Assembly: GCA_000998275.1 (NCBI GenBank)
Contig: LCDA01000006.1
Location: 1 to 48,677 of the forward strand
Reading direction: 5' to 3'
Source of the DNA: Candidatus Collierbacteria bacterium GW2011_GWA2_42_17
GTDB lineage: Bacteria > Patescibacteriota > Microgenomatia > UBA1400 > MFAQ01
Length of the DNA stretch: 48,677 nt
Below, in pieces: positions 8,889-17,738 of the stretch. Numbering within the stretch: the stretch's first letter is position 1; every line of letters starts with the position of its first letter. The position numbers and the translations under genes are program-made. The notes beneath the pieces were generated by a model. It ran no database searches, had not been told where the DNA came from, and saw only the letters and a list, made by a program, of their open reading frames with translations.

Positions 8889-9914
8889 ATGGATTTACTA
8901 CTCGGAATCTTAATTTTTTCTTTCATTATTCATGCCTTCGCCATTGTTCCTTTTGTAAACTTCCTCTACCATCTCAAGTTTTTTAAAAACAAAACCGCCA
9001 TTTCCAAAGATAAGATTGACGAGGCCTCTGTTCATATTCGTTCAAAATCGAGAACTCCGGAAGGTGGAGGATTACTGATCATTGTCATTACCAGTCTCAT
9101 TTTTGCTTTTGCCCTACCTTTGTTAAGGAGCTTGGGCTTTGAAATTACCCACGTCTATCCCATAAATGATGAGATCAATATTATCTTTTTTACCTTCATT
9201 TCTTTTGGCTTACTCGGACTCTATGACGATATCGTCAAGTTCTTTGAGTTAGATAGGGAAGAGGGTTACACCGGCCTTAAAACTCGTTACAAACTCCTCA
9301 TTCAGGTAGCCTTGGGTCTCATCATCGGCGCTATGATGTATCTCAATCTCGGTATCGACATTATTCATATCCCCTTCTTTGGTGTCATTCATTTTGGTCT
9401 TTGGTTTATTCCTTTAGCCGCTTTCCTCGTCGTCACTTTTGCCAACTCCGTAAACATTACCGATGGTATGGACGGTTTGGCTTCAGGTCTTTTGATGATT
9501 AGTCTATTTGGTTTTCTTTTACTTTCAACTTCTATTCTCGACACCCCTCTTTCTATTTTTATTGCTCTCTGGCTTGGTGGTCTTATCGCCTTTCTCTATT
9601 TCAACGTTTTTCCTGCCCGTTTATTTTTGGGAGATGTTGGAGCTCTAGCCTTTGGTGCCGCCTTTGCCACGGTTGGTTTACTTACCGGGAAAGTGATCGC
9701 CCTTTTAATTATTGGACTACCATTCTTGGTTGATGGCTTGAGTAGCGCTCTTCAAATTTTTTGGGTAAAGATACTCCATCGCCGTCTTCTGCCCATTGCT
9801 CCGCTTCATTATCTTCTCCTGAAAATCGGCTGGACTGAGCCCAAAATTGTCCAGAGAGCGTGGCTTGTCGGCATTATGTTAGTTATCTTCGGCATCTGGT
9901 TAGCCATCATTTAA
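8889..9914 (+). CDS. mraY: phospho-N-acetylmuramoyl-pentapeptide transferase
   Basis: NSVNITDGMDGLA motif, a multi-TM protein, in dcw context. Confidence 0.95.
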   Translation: MDLLLGILIFSFIIHAFAIVPFVNFLYHLKFFKNKTAISKDKIDEASVHIRSKSRTPEGGGLLIIVITSLIFAFALPLLRSLGFEITHVYPINDEINIIFFTFISFGLLGLYDDIVKFFELDREEGYTGLKTRYKLLIQVALGLIIGAMMYLNLGIDIIHIPFFGVIHFGLWFIPLAAFLVVTFANSVNITDGMDGLASGLLMISLFGFLLLSTSILDTPLSIFIALWLGGLIAFLYFNVFPARLFLGDVGALAFGAAFATVGLLTGKVIALLIIGLPFLVDGLSSALQIFWVKILHRRLLPIAPLHYLLLKIGWTEPKIVQRAWLVGIMLVIFGIWLAII

Positions 9915-9917
9915 TTT

Positions 9918-10088
9918 ATGCTACGCCTCAAAGGCAATCATAATCGTCTCCCTACGACCATTCTTATCGCTGGAATCTTGGTAGCCTGTTTTGGTCTTGT
10001 GGCGATATATGACGCTTCCGTATCCCCATGTCACTCTTCAAGAAATACGCCCACCTTCTCTATGGTGTTTCACTTTTTCTCATGGTAA
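9918..10088 (+). other. 56-codon ORF encoding a SEDS TM1-like fragment (detached ftsW 5' end?)
   Basis: The ATG at 9918 lies 3 nt after the mraY stop. The product MLRLKGNHNRLPTTILIAGILVACFGLVAIYDAS looks like the FtsW/RodA N-terminus. It is in a different frame from the main ftsW ORF and ends at the TAA at 10086-10088. Confidence 0.4.
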
Positions 10089-10897
10089 TTGTTCTTATTC
10101 CTGGTATCGGTTCAAAGTTTCTTGGTGCGAGACGCTGGATTGATATCGGCTTTACCGTCATTCAACCATCGGAGCTTCTCAAAATCACTTTGGCTATCTA
10201 TCTTGCCAAATGGCTCGAACAGGAGCGCAGTCTCAAGCACTTTCTCCTTCTTCTGGGAGTAAATCTGGTGTTGATTATGCTCCAGCCGGACCTCGGTACC
10301 GCTATCATCACCGTCGGCGTTTCCTTCATGATTTACTATCTTTCAGGAGCCAGAATCAAAGAAATCTTTTCTTTTAGTGCTGTTCTGGTCGCGGCCATCA
10401 GCGCTTTAATTATTTTTTCTCCTTATCGTATGGACAGAGTAAAAACCTTCATGGATCCAACTAAGGATCCTTTAGGTGCTTCATACCACATTAACCAAGT
10501 CCTCTACGGTCTTGGTTCAGGGGGTGTTTCCGGTGTTGGTTTAGGTAAGTCTCGTCAAAAATATGCTTATCTTCCCGAAGCTACCACCGACTCAATCTTT
10601 GTCATCATCGCCGAAGAGTTTGGTTTCCTGGGCAGCAGTCTTTTTATCCTGACCCTTGTCGGACTTCTTTTGGCCTCTTTCAAGGTCGCCCTGAATGTTC
10701 ATGATAAATTTGATAAGCTACTGTCTAGTAGTATCACGTTATTATTTTTAATTCAGATATTTGTGAATCTAAGTTCAATGGTTGCCTTAGTCCCTCTCAC
10801 CGGTGTGCCCTTACCCTTCATTTCCTATGGCGGCTCAAGTTTGGTGACCAACTTCATTGCCCTAGGTCTTCTTATTAATATCTCCAAAAGAGTATGA
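10028..10897 (+). CDS. ftsW: SEDS-family peptidoglycan polymerase FtsW (N-terminally short as called)
   Basis: GARRWIDIG..QPSELLK, PEATTDSIF and PLPFISYGGSS motifs. Its frame is closed upstream by the TGA at 10010-10012. Confidence 0.85.
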   Translation: MSLFKKYAHLLYGVSLFLMVIVLIPGIGSKFLGARRWIDIGFTVIQPSELLKITLAIYLAKWLEQERSLKHFLLLLGVNLVLIMLQPDLGTAIITVGVSFMIYYLSGARIKEIFSFSAVLVAAISALIIFSPYRMDRVKTFMDPTKDPLGASYHINQVLYGLGSGGVSGVGLGKSRQKYAYLPEATTDSIFVIIAEEFGFLGSSLFILTLVGLLLASFKVALNVHDKFDKLLSSSITLLFLIQIFVNLSSMVALVPLTGVPLPFISYGGSSLVTNFIALGLLINISKRV

Positions 10898-11973
10898 AAC
10901 CCTTAATTGCTTTTACCGGCGGTCACCACAACAGCGCTTTAGTAATCGCCAAATCATTTCAAAAAGAAGGCTACCCCATTATCTGGATTGGTCATAAATT
11001 CGCCTCGAAAGGGGATAAATCACTCTCGGCCGAGTATCAGGAGATTACTGGATCAGGACTCCAGTTCCTGGAGCTAAAAACCGGTAAGTTTTATCAAAAA
11101 TTTAATCCGCTTGAGTGGCTTAAGATTGCCTTTGGTTTTTTTCAGGCTTTTATTTATTTAATAACCTACCGACCAAAATTAATCTTTTCTTCCGGTGGTT
11201 ACCTTTCCGTTCCGGTGGTTATCGCCGGTTGGTTTCTCGGCATTCCCTCCATTACTCACGAACAAACAGTCATTGCCGGTTGGGCGAACAAAGCTATCTC
11301 GCCTTTTGTTAAGAAAATTCTTTTAACTCACGTTTCATCACTGCCAAACTTTCCCCAAGAAAAGTCCGTCGTTGTTGGACTCCCGATAAGAAAGGAACTT
11401 TTAAACAGTAAATACACCAAAAAATTTGACCCCAAACTTATCTATATTTCTTGTGGCAAACAAGGTTCTCATACCATCAATAAAGCCCTCTTCCCGATTC
11501 TACCCCAGCTTGTTGCCAAATTTACTGTTGTTCATCAAACAGGTGCCAATACTCTAACCAAAGACTCCGACCGGGCCAGAAGAATCAAAGAAAAGCTAGG
11601 AGAATACAAAGACCGTTATATTTTTGCCCCCTATTTTTTTGCCGAAGACGCCGCCACCTACATTCGCTCCTCCTCAGCTATCGTCGGACGAGCCGGAGCC
11701 CACTCTGTCTACGAACTGATGGTTCTTGGAAAAAAAGCAGTTCTTATCCCTATTCCTTGGGTGTCTCACAATGAACAATTTTTAAATGCCAAGCTCGCCG
11801 AAGAGCAAATCGGCAGCTTCATTCTGGAAGAAAAAGATCTCACCCCGGAGTCTTTATATCAGGCTATTATTGAATTAGTTAAACGTCCATCTATCAAGCC
11901 ATCAACCAAATTAGCGACCGATGCTACAGAAAAGATCATTCAAATCATCCGTGAACACCTCCAAGAGGCTTAA
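10894..11973 (+). CDS. murG: undecaprenyldiphospho-muramoylpentapeptide beta-N-acetylglucosaminyltransferase
   Basis: GT28 layout with TGGHHNSAL at the N-terminus and a GRAGAHSVYEL...NEQ C-terminal nucleotide-binding region. ATGA overlap with ftsW. Confidence 0.9.
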   Translation: MKPLIAFTGGHHNSALVIAKSFQKEGYPIIWIGHKFASKGDKSLSAEYQEITGSGLQFLELKTGKFYQKFNPLEWLKIAFGFFQAFIYLITYRPKLIFSSGGYLSVPVVIAGWFLGIPSITHEQTVIAGWANKAISPFVKKILLTHVSSLPNFPQEKSVVVGLPIRKELLNSKYTKKFDPKLIYISCGKQGSHTINKALFPILPQLVAKFTVVHQTGANTLTKDSDRARRIKEKLGEYKDRYIFAPYFFAEDAATYIRSSSAIVGRAGAHSVYELMVLGKKAVLIPIPWVSHNEQFLNAKLAEEQIGSFILEEKDLTPESLYQAIIELVKRPSIKPSTKLATDATEKIIQIIREHLQEA

Positions 11974-12760
11974 CCGACGCGTCCGTATCAATCTGGAAAC
12001 GCTAAAAATAAGGTTAAAAAGATTTTTGCCAATTCTTATCTTGATTCCCGTTATTTTATTTCTTAACAGTCTTTTTATTATCAAAAAAATAAACTGTTCT
12101 TTTAACAATGAAGTCTGTCCTCAAGAAATACAAATAGTTCAAAACAACTTGATTGGCTCAAACTCACTCCTTATTAATCAAAAAGACTTACTTACCTTTT
12201 TTAAAGCAGCCTATCCAATAGACAAAATGAGTATTGGCTATCAAGCCTTCAACACACTAAATATTAATCTCAAGGGCAACGACCCTTACCTCCAGGTAGA
12301 TGTCTATCTGGTAAGCAGTCTCCCTAAGCTTTCTATGGATCAAGCTCCCAGCACTACCGACTCAGCCGGTTGGTGGGTCAAACCATCGGGAGAACTGGAA
12401 AGCTTCGTTCTCACCCAAAAAGCACTGGGCTTTAATCTTTGGGAAAATGGCTCGATGTCTCAAATCGCGACAACGGGAGCTAATATAAGCTTCATTTTTA
12501 TCGAGAAACCAACCCCAGAGATATTATCTTCAGTTTACAAAATGGTGAGATTGGTTCTTAAATATCTTGATGTATCCGATATCTATACCCTTGGCCGCCG
12601 TTCTTTCTTGAGCCGGCCCAACGAACCTGATATCATAATAGGTGTACCTTTTGACGAAGGAAGCTTGGTTTCTGCTTTACAATCACTAAGCTACCTCGCT
12701 ACAATTAAAAAAGACGCAAAAGTGATCGATTTAAGTTTTAAAAATCCGATCATAAGATAA
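11921..12760 (+). CDS. ftsQ: FtsQ/DivIB-like cell division protein
   Basis: Basic N-terminus, one TM (FLPILILIPVILFLNSLFII) and an extracytoplasmic domain, positioned between murG and ftsA. The start is uncertain and overlaps murG by 53 nt. Confidence 0.55.
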   Translation: MLQKRSFKSSVNTSKRLNRRVRINLETLKIRLKRFLPILILIPVILFLNSLFIIKKINCSFNNEVCPQEIQIVQNNLIGSNSLLINQKDLLTFFKAAYPIDKMSIGYQAFNTLNINLKGNDPYLQVDVYLVSSLPKLSMDQAPSTTDSAGWWVKPSGELESFVLTQKALGFNLWENGSMSQIATTGANISFIFIEKPTPEILSSVYKMVRLVLKYLDVSDIYTLGRRSFLSRPNEPDIIIGVPFDEGSLVSALQSLSYLATIKKDAKVIDLSFKNPIIR

Positions 12761-12764
12761 AAAT

Positions 12765-14039
12765 ATGGCCAAACCACAAGGAATAAACGCGATTGATATC
12801 GGCTCCAGTAAAATTACCTGTCTAATTACTGTTCCCGGTCAAGACGACTCAAAAATTAACCTAGTGGGTGCCGCCACGGTCACTAGTCGCGGAGTCAGAA
12901 GAGGTCAGATTGTCAATATTGAAGAGTGTGTTAGTTCCATCACCGACTGTGTCGAGTCCGCCGAGAGAATGGCTGGTTTTGGTGTTGATTCTGCCTTTGT
13001 TTCTATCTCCGGCGAGAATATTTTGTCTCAAAATTCTCAAGGTTTAGTTGCCATCACCGAGTCGGAAGGAGAAATTGGCCACGACGATGTTTTTCGTGTA
13101 ATTGAAGCCGCCAGAGCCGTGTCCCTACCCACTTCTAGAGAAATCATTCATGTTTTACCCCGTGAGTTTATTGTTGATGGTCAGCACGGCATCAAAGACC
13201 CGACCGGTATGTCTGGCGTTCGTTTGGAAACCGAGACCCATCTCATTACCGGACTTACTCCTGCCATAAAAAATGTTACCCGATGTGTCAACGAACTAGG
13301 CGTTAATGTTTCCGGTCTTGTTTTTACCGGTTTAGCTTCAGCCGAGTCGGTCTTAACCGACACGGACAAAGAGCTCGGTGTGGTTCTCGTCGACATTGGC
13401 GGGGGCACTACCAGTGTTTGTATCTATGTTGAAGGTTCGTGTGTTTACTCTGCCGTTATTCCTGTTGGCGCCAAAAAAATCAGCGACGACATTGCCATAG
13501 GCCTGCAAATCAGCGTCGATAGTGCTGAAAAAATTAAACACTACCTAGGTAAAGTCAAACACGAAACCGAGTCTTCAGACACCAAAAATCTAGATGAAAT
13601 TGATCTGTCGAAAATTGGTATTACCGAAGATGTCAAAAAAGTCTCCCGCAAGACAATCGTCGAGGGCATAATCAGACCCCGTCTCAATGAAATCTTTACC
13701 ATGGTCAACCATGTCATCAAGCAGTCCGGTCTCGAAGGTCAAACACCCGCTGGAGTCATTATTACCGGAGGAGGAGCACTCACCGTCAACTGTACCGAAA
13801 GCTGCCGACGTGTTATGCAACTTCCAGCCAAGTTGGGTATACCAACCGGTCTTCATGGTCTTACCGATGAAATTAACTCTCCTGTTTACGCCACCTCGGT
13901 TGGTCTTGTACTTTATGGTTATCACCACAAAGAACAACAGTCTGCCCCAAGATTAAAACTGTCTGGTATGATAAAAGGAATTCCCGGCAAACAGTTTGTC
14001 GGAAAAGCAATCGATTTTATCAAATCATTCTTACCATAA
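12765..14039 (+). CDS. ftsA: cell division protein FtsA
   Basis: Actin-like ATPase motifs [16 protein letters not shown] and ITGGGA, immediately upstream of ftsZ. Confidence 0.95.
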   Translation: MAKPQGINAIDIGSSKITCLITVPGQDDSKINLVGAATVTSRGVRRGQIVNIEECVSSITDCVESAERMAGFGVDSAFVSISGENILSQNSQGLVAITESEGEIGHDDVFRVIEAARAVSLPTSREIIHVLPREFIVDGQHGIKDPTGMSGVRLETETHLITGLTPAIKNVTRCVNELGVNVSGLVFTGLASAESVLTDTDKELGVVLVDIGGGTTSVCIYVEGSCVYSAVIPVGAKKISDDIAIGLQISVDSAEKIKHYLGKVKHETESSDTKNLDEIDLSKIGITEDVKKVSRKTIVEGIIRPRLNEIFTMVNHVIKQSGLEGQTPAGVIITGGGALTVNCTESCRRVMQLPAKLGIPTGLHGLTDEINSPVYATSVGLVLYGYHHKEQQSAPRLKLSGMIKGIPGKQFVGKAIDFIKSFLP

Positions 14040-15213
14040 AGTGGGCCTTGTCAAACCAGATACAAACACCTTCGCCAAAATAAAAGTCCTCGGAGTTGGA
14101 GGAGGCGGTAACAACGCTATAAACTCCATGATTTCTTCAGGAAAGATAAAAGGTGTTGAGTTTATTGCCGTCAACACCGATATGCAGGCGTTAATAAACT
14201 CCAATGCTGACATCAAACTTCAGATTGGTGAAAAGGGTACCAAAGGTCTGGGTTCGGGATCAAATCCTGAGATTGGTTCTCAAGCCGCCGAAGAATCCCG
14301 CGAAAAAATTAAAGAAGTTCTTATGGGTGCCGATATGGTTTTCATTACCGCTGGTGAAGGTGGCGGAACTGGAACTGGTGCCGCTCCCATCATCGCTGAA
14401 ATATCCAGAAAAGACGTTGGAGCTCTCACTGTTGCTGTCGTTACCAAACCCTTCCTTTTTGAAGGTGCCCGCCGCCGTGTTCAGGCCGAAGAGGGGATTG
14501 AAAATCTCAAAGACAAAGTCGACACTCTGATTGTTATCCCCAATCAAAGACTAATCGACATGGCTAAAAAAGAACAAACTCTTCTTGACGCTTTCAAAAT
14601 GGCCGACTCTGTTCTTGGCCAAGGTGTCCAAAGTATCTCCGACCTTATCACCATCCCCGGTCTTGTCAACGTTGACTTTGCCGACGTCAAAACAGTCATG
14701 ACCAACGCCGGTTCCGCTCTTATGGGTGTCGGTCGTAGTTCTGGTGAGAAACGTGCCATCATCGCTGCCAACGCCGCCGTTAGTTCACCTCTTCTAGAGA
14801 TCAGTATCGAAGGCGCTCGCGGCATTCTCTTTAATATCGCAGGTAGTAAGAGTCTAACTCTCACCGAAATCAACGAAGCCTCCTCAATTATTACTCAGTC
14901 TGCCGATCCGGATGCCAACATTATCTTCGGCACTACTATAAGAGAAGATCTTGGTGATGAAATTCAAATCTCGGTCATTGCTGCTGGTTTTGATGAAAAT
15001 CGTCGTCACTTTGGTAGCATCCCTTCCGTCAACCCATATCTCACTCCTAAGCCAGTTGTTTCTCAAGAACCAGAGAAACAACCTGTTGAATCCGAGGAAG
15101 AACCACAACCTTCCACTCAAGTTAAACTTGCCGGCAAATACAAAGTACACCACAACGAGGTTGATATTGAAGACGATCTGGACATCCCTGCCTTCCTTAG
15201 AAACAAGTACTAA
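13996..15213 (+). CDS. ftsZ: cell division GTPase FtsZ
   Basis: GVGGGGNNA and [10 protein letters not shown] tubulin signature, with a C-terminal DIPAFLR peptide. The start is either the TTG at 13996 or the in-frame GTG at 14041, which lies 1 nt after the ftsA stop (TAA 14037-14039). Confidence 0.97.
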   Translation: MSEKQSILSNHSYHKVGLVKPDTNTFAKIKVLGVGGGGNNAINSMISSGKIKGVEFIAVNTDMQALINSNADIKLQIGEKGTKGLGSGSNPEIGSQAAEESREKIKEVLMGADMVFITAGEGGGTGTGAAPIIAEISRKDVGALTVAVVTKPFLFEGARRRVQAEEGIENLKDKVDTLIVIPNQRLIDMAKKEQTLLDAFKMADSVLGQGVQSISDLITIPGLVNVDFADVKTVMTNAGSALMGVGRSSGEKRAIIAANAAVSSPLLEISIEGARGILFNIAGSKSLTLTEINEASSIITQSADPDANIIFGTTIREDLGDEIQISVIAAGFDENRRHFGSIPSVNPYLTPKPVVSQEPEKQPVESEEEPQPSTQVKLAGKYKVHHNEVDIEDDLDIPAFLRNKY

Positions 15214-15222
15214 AATATTCAT

Positions 15223-15480
15223 ATGGCTACCAAAAAGAAAACAACTACTCAAAAAACGTTCAAGGTAAATGGAGAAAACCTACTTAAAACTGTTAAGGAT
15301 CTTATCGCTAAAGGCAATGTTCGCCACATCACTATAAAGGATAAAACAGGCAAGGTTGTCATTGAGTTTCCCCTCACCATCGGAGTCGTCGGTGTCGTTC
15401 TTCTTCCCGTTTTTACTGCCGTAGGTGCCATTGCCGCCTTGATCGGCGAGTGTACCATCGCTGTCGAGATAGAAGAATAA
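15223..15480 (+). CDS. DUF4342-like small protein with hydrophobic C-terminal half
   Basis: GNVRHITIKDKTGKVVIEFPLTIGVVGVVLLPVFTAVGAIAALIG resembles DUF4342. It starts 9 nt after the ftsZ stop. Confidence 0.65.
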   Translation: MATKKKTTTQKTFKVNGENLLKTVKDLIAKGNVRHITIKDKTGKVVIEFPLTIGVVGVVLLPVFTAVGAIAALIGECTIAVEIEE

Positions 15481-15525
15481 TCCAGTAGTATAATATCCCC
15501 ATCTCGCACCTTAAGGAGGATTCCT

Positions 15526-15804
15526 GTGACTATCAAAAAATCTCAAGCTGTAGCTAATTTGAACCGCGCCTTTAACGACACAGTTCAGAGGATCATTCCT
15601 CTAATTGATGAACGTTTAAAAAATGTTTTTGATGGTGACCCAGTCACGATAGGTTTTGACGAGTTAGATCTCTCTCCCGTCAACAGCCACGCTTTGTATC
15701 ACAAAGTTATTCAGCACATCATTGAAACATACAAAAAAGCCGGCTGGGAAGTAACTTACGATGATCATGGCAATTGGCAAAAAGCATACCTCAATTTCAA
15801 GTAG
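15526..15804 (+). CDS. hypothetical 92-aa cytoplasmic protein
   Basis: GTG start preceded by a strong SD, AAGGAGG, at 15513-15519, and followed by an intrinsic terminator. I recognise no family. Confidence 0.6.
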   Translation: MTIKKSQAVANLNRAFNDTVQRIIPLIDERLKNVFDGDPVTIGFDELDLSPVNSHALYHKVIQHIIETYKKAGWEVTYDDHGNWQKAYLNFK

Positions 15805-15812
15805 TCTCTTTT

Positions 15813-15840
15813 CCCCGACGCATTCCGTCGGGGTTTTTGT
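15813..15840 (+). terminator. rho-independent terminator ending the dcw transcription unit
   Basis: Perfect 8-bp stem CCCCGACG (15813-15820) / CGTCGGGG (15826-15833), 5-nt loop, then TTTTTGT. Confidence 0.8.
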
Positions 15841-15902
15841 ATTTTGATTTGTAAAGATAAAAGGTTGTATGATTGTTATATTAGGTAAATACCGTAAGCA
15901 TT

Positions 15903-16247
15903 ATGCTAGTTTTAATTTTATTGTTAGTGGTTAGTTCGGTTTTAGTGTATATATCGAGGTTTAATTTTGTTCCGGTTTCAGTCAATTTAGGAGTTGTCTC
16001 TATCTCAGATGTTCCTTTGTTTTATGTAATTGTCGGATCTTTGACTGTTGGTCTTGTTTTGTCATACATTGTTTATTTATTCAACTCAATTTCGACCTCA
16101 CTTATGCTCCGCGGAAAAGATAAAGAGATTAAGAAAAACAAGGATGAAGTTCTTGAACTAACCAAACGTGTACATCAGCTAGAGTTAGAAAACGAAAAGC
16201 TAAAACACTCTCCAACCAACGAGTCTGAAGACCCAAACGCTTTGTGA
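15903..16247 (+). CDS. LapA/DUF1049-like membrane protein with coiled-coil tail
   Basis: Two N-terminal TM segments, then a KDKEIKKNKDEVLELTKRVHQLELENEKLK coiled coil. Confidence 0.5.
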   Translation: MLVLILLLVVSSVLVYISRFNFVPVSVNLGVVSISDVPLFYVIVGSLTVGLVLSYIVYLFNSISTSLMLRGKDKEIKKNKDEVLELTKRVHQLELENEKLKHSPTNESEDPNAL

Positions 16248-16717
16248 AAACATTACTAGCCAAAATCTGGAAATTTCTCCGTCTTCCTAAAAGTATTCAA
16301 CTACTAATTATGCGCATCTTTCAGGATCAATTTCTAGTTGGTGTAACTGGAATTATTTTCAATGACAAAAATGAAATTCTTCTCTTCAAACATAGTTACC
16401 GATCACATTCCTGGAGTCTACCTGGTGGTTACTTAAAGTCCGGTGAACACCCACGCGAAGGGTTAGAAAGAGAAATCAAAGAGGAGTCCGGTCTTGTAGT
16501 GAGTGTTGATGAATCACTTAAGACTCGTACCGATCGAGACACTGCTCGCCTGGATATGTGCTACACGGGAGTTTTGATTGGTGGTGATTTTCAGCCAACA
16601 CATGAGGTTTCTGAGTATGGTTTCTTTACCCGAGACAAACTTCCGCTACTTCGAAAAAATCAATTATTTTTGATTGACACGGCTCTAAAAGAGCGAGTCT
16701 CATCCCAGGCATCTTGA
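16244..16717 (+). CDS. NUDIX hydrolase
   Basis: Nudix box GGYLKSGEHPREGLEREIKEESGL (GX5EX7REUXEEXGU). Confidence 0.85.
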   Translation: MKTLLAKIWKFLRLPKSIQLLIMRIFQDQFLVGVTGIIFNDKNEILLFKHSYRSHSWSLPGGYLKSGEHPREGLEREIKEESGLVVSVDESLKTRTDRDTARLDMCYTGVLIGGDFQPTHEVSEYGFFTRDKLPLLRKNQLFLIDTALKERVSSQAS

Positions 16718-16748
16718 CCATTTGGGGGCTCCCTACAAGTTTATGACC

Positions 16749-17222
16749 TTAATTTAAGCTGGCAATGGTGAAGTTCAGATACGAGGCAAACGTCACCCAC
16801 AAAAGATATGGCACCATTAACCAACTCGCCATCTTACTTACTTTTCCAAACGAGACTATCGTCACCAAGATAAATACCCATAAAACCAGTATTTCTCCAA
16901 AAGCTAACCAGAAATTACCAAGTCCAAAAAAGAAAACAGACCACAAAACATTAAGAACTAGCTGAGCGGCAAACAGTTTTAAAGATACCCGCACCTTATT
17001 ACTCATTTTTGTCGACCAGACAAGGTAAAGGGCTACACCCATCATAATAAAAAGAGATGTCCAAACCGGTCCAAACAGCCAAGATGGAGGAATCCATACT
17101 GGTTTATTAATCGTCAAATACCAGCTTTGGACAGCCGGTGTTGTAAAAAGGGCACCCAAAAATCCAGCCGAAAGAGAAATCACTAAAGAGAGTAATAGTC
17201 GCCAAAGATCATTTGTCTTCAT
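16749..17222 (-). CDS. tspO: TspO/MBR family tryptophan-rich sensory protein
   Basis: Five-TM, about 157 aa, Trp-rich, with WYLTINKPVWIPPSWLFGPVWTSLF and WLMVPYLLWVTFASYLN. Confidence 0.9.
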   Translation of the reverse strand: MKTNDLWRLLLSLVISLSAGFLGALFTTPAVQSWYLTINKPVWIPPSWLFGPVWTSLFIMMGVALYLVWSTKMSNKVRVSLKLFAAQLVLNVLWSVFFFGLGNFWLAFGEILVLWVFILVTIVSFGKVSKMASWLMVPYLLWVTFASYLNFTIASLN

Positions 17223-17251
17223 ATATCAAGTATATCTCAAATAAATATTTG

Positions 17252-17635
17252 TCAATTATGAGCTTCCTCGGCAGCCAAAGCGTCTTCTTTAGTAGTGTGG
17301 ATTGTGCCTTCCGGATGGTTTGCAGGGGAGTAAATGGTATAAAGCTTCAATGGCTCTATGGTTGAGGTATTGATAATGTTGTGGTTAGTTCCTGCAGGCA
17401 CGATTACTACATCGTTGGCCTTAAAAAGTATCTCTTCCCCGTTCAATATGGCCTTACCCACACCTGACTCAAAACGAAAGAACTGATCCACATTTGCGTG
17501 AACCTCCATCCCTATATCTTCACCAGGCAACAGGCTCATCACCACCAGCTGGCTATGTACTCCGGTAAAAAGCACCTTCCTAAAGTTGGTGTTACCAATT
17601 GTTTCAGCCTCAATATCTGCGTGGAATCCTGTCAT
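17252..17635 (-). CDS. cupin domain protein
   Basis: Cupin motifs GEDIGMEVHANVDQFFRFESG and VVIVPAGTNHNIIN. Confidence 0.8.
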   Translation of the reverse strand: MTGFHADIEAETIGNTNFRKVLFTGVHSQLVVMSLLPGEDIGMEVHANVDQFFRFESGVGKAILNGEEILFKANDVVIVPAGTNHNIINTSTIEPLKLYTIYSPANHPEGTIHTTKEDALAAEEAHN

Positions 17636-17700
17636 TTTAGTTTGTTAATTAATATCTAAAACCATCTTACTCCCATTACCCAAAACCTGCCATTTTTGGT

Positions 17701-17729
17701 TTGACACTTATCCTATAGTAGAGTACAAT
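17701..17729 (+). promoter_or_regulatory. sigma70-like promoter
   Basis: TTGACA at 17701-17706, a 17-nt spacer, TACAAT at 17724-17729, 10 nt before the ATG at 17739. Confidence 0.55.
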
Positions 17730-17738
17730 ACCCACGTT

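Noticed and set aside
5606-10897. Alternative genetic code (UGA as sense, as in Gracilibacteria/Absconditabacteria).
   Set aside because: UGA clearly terminates well-conserved genes at their expected lengths. Examples are the ATGA start/stop overlaps mraZ/rsmH at 5606-5609 and ftsW/murG at 10894-10897, and the ftsI stop at 8493-8495. Long ORFs are intact under the standard code.
13181-15268. A series of 60-122-aa ORFs antisense to, or out of frame with, ftsA and ftsZ.
   Set aside because: These are shadow ORFs inside strongly supported genes. Their translations are low-complexity with no motifs. The same reasoning applies to the other short overlapping ORFs in the track, for example those within ileS, ftsI, pyk and the LCAT-like gene.
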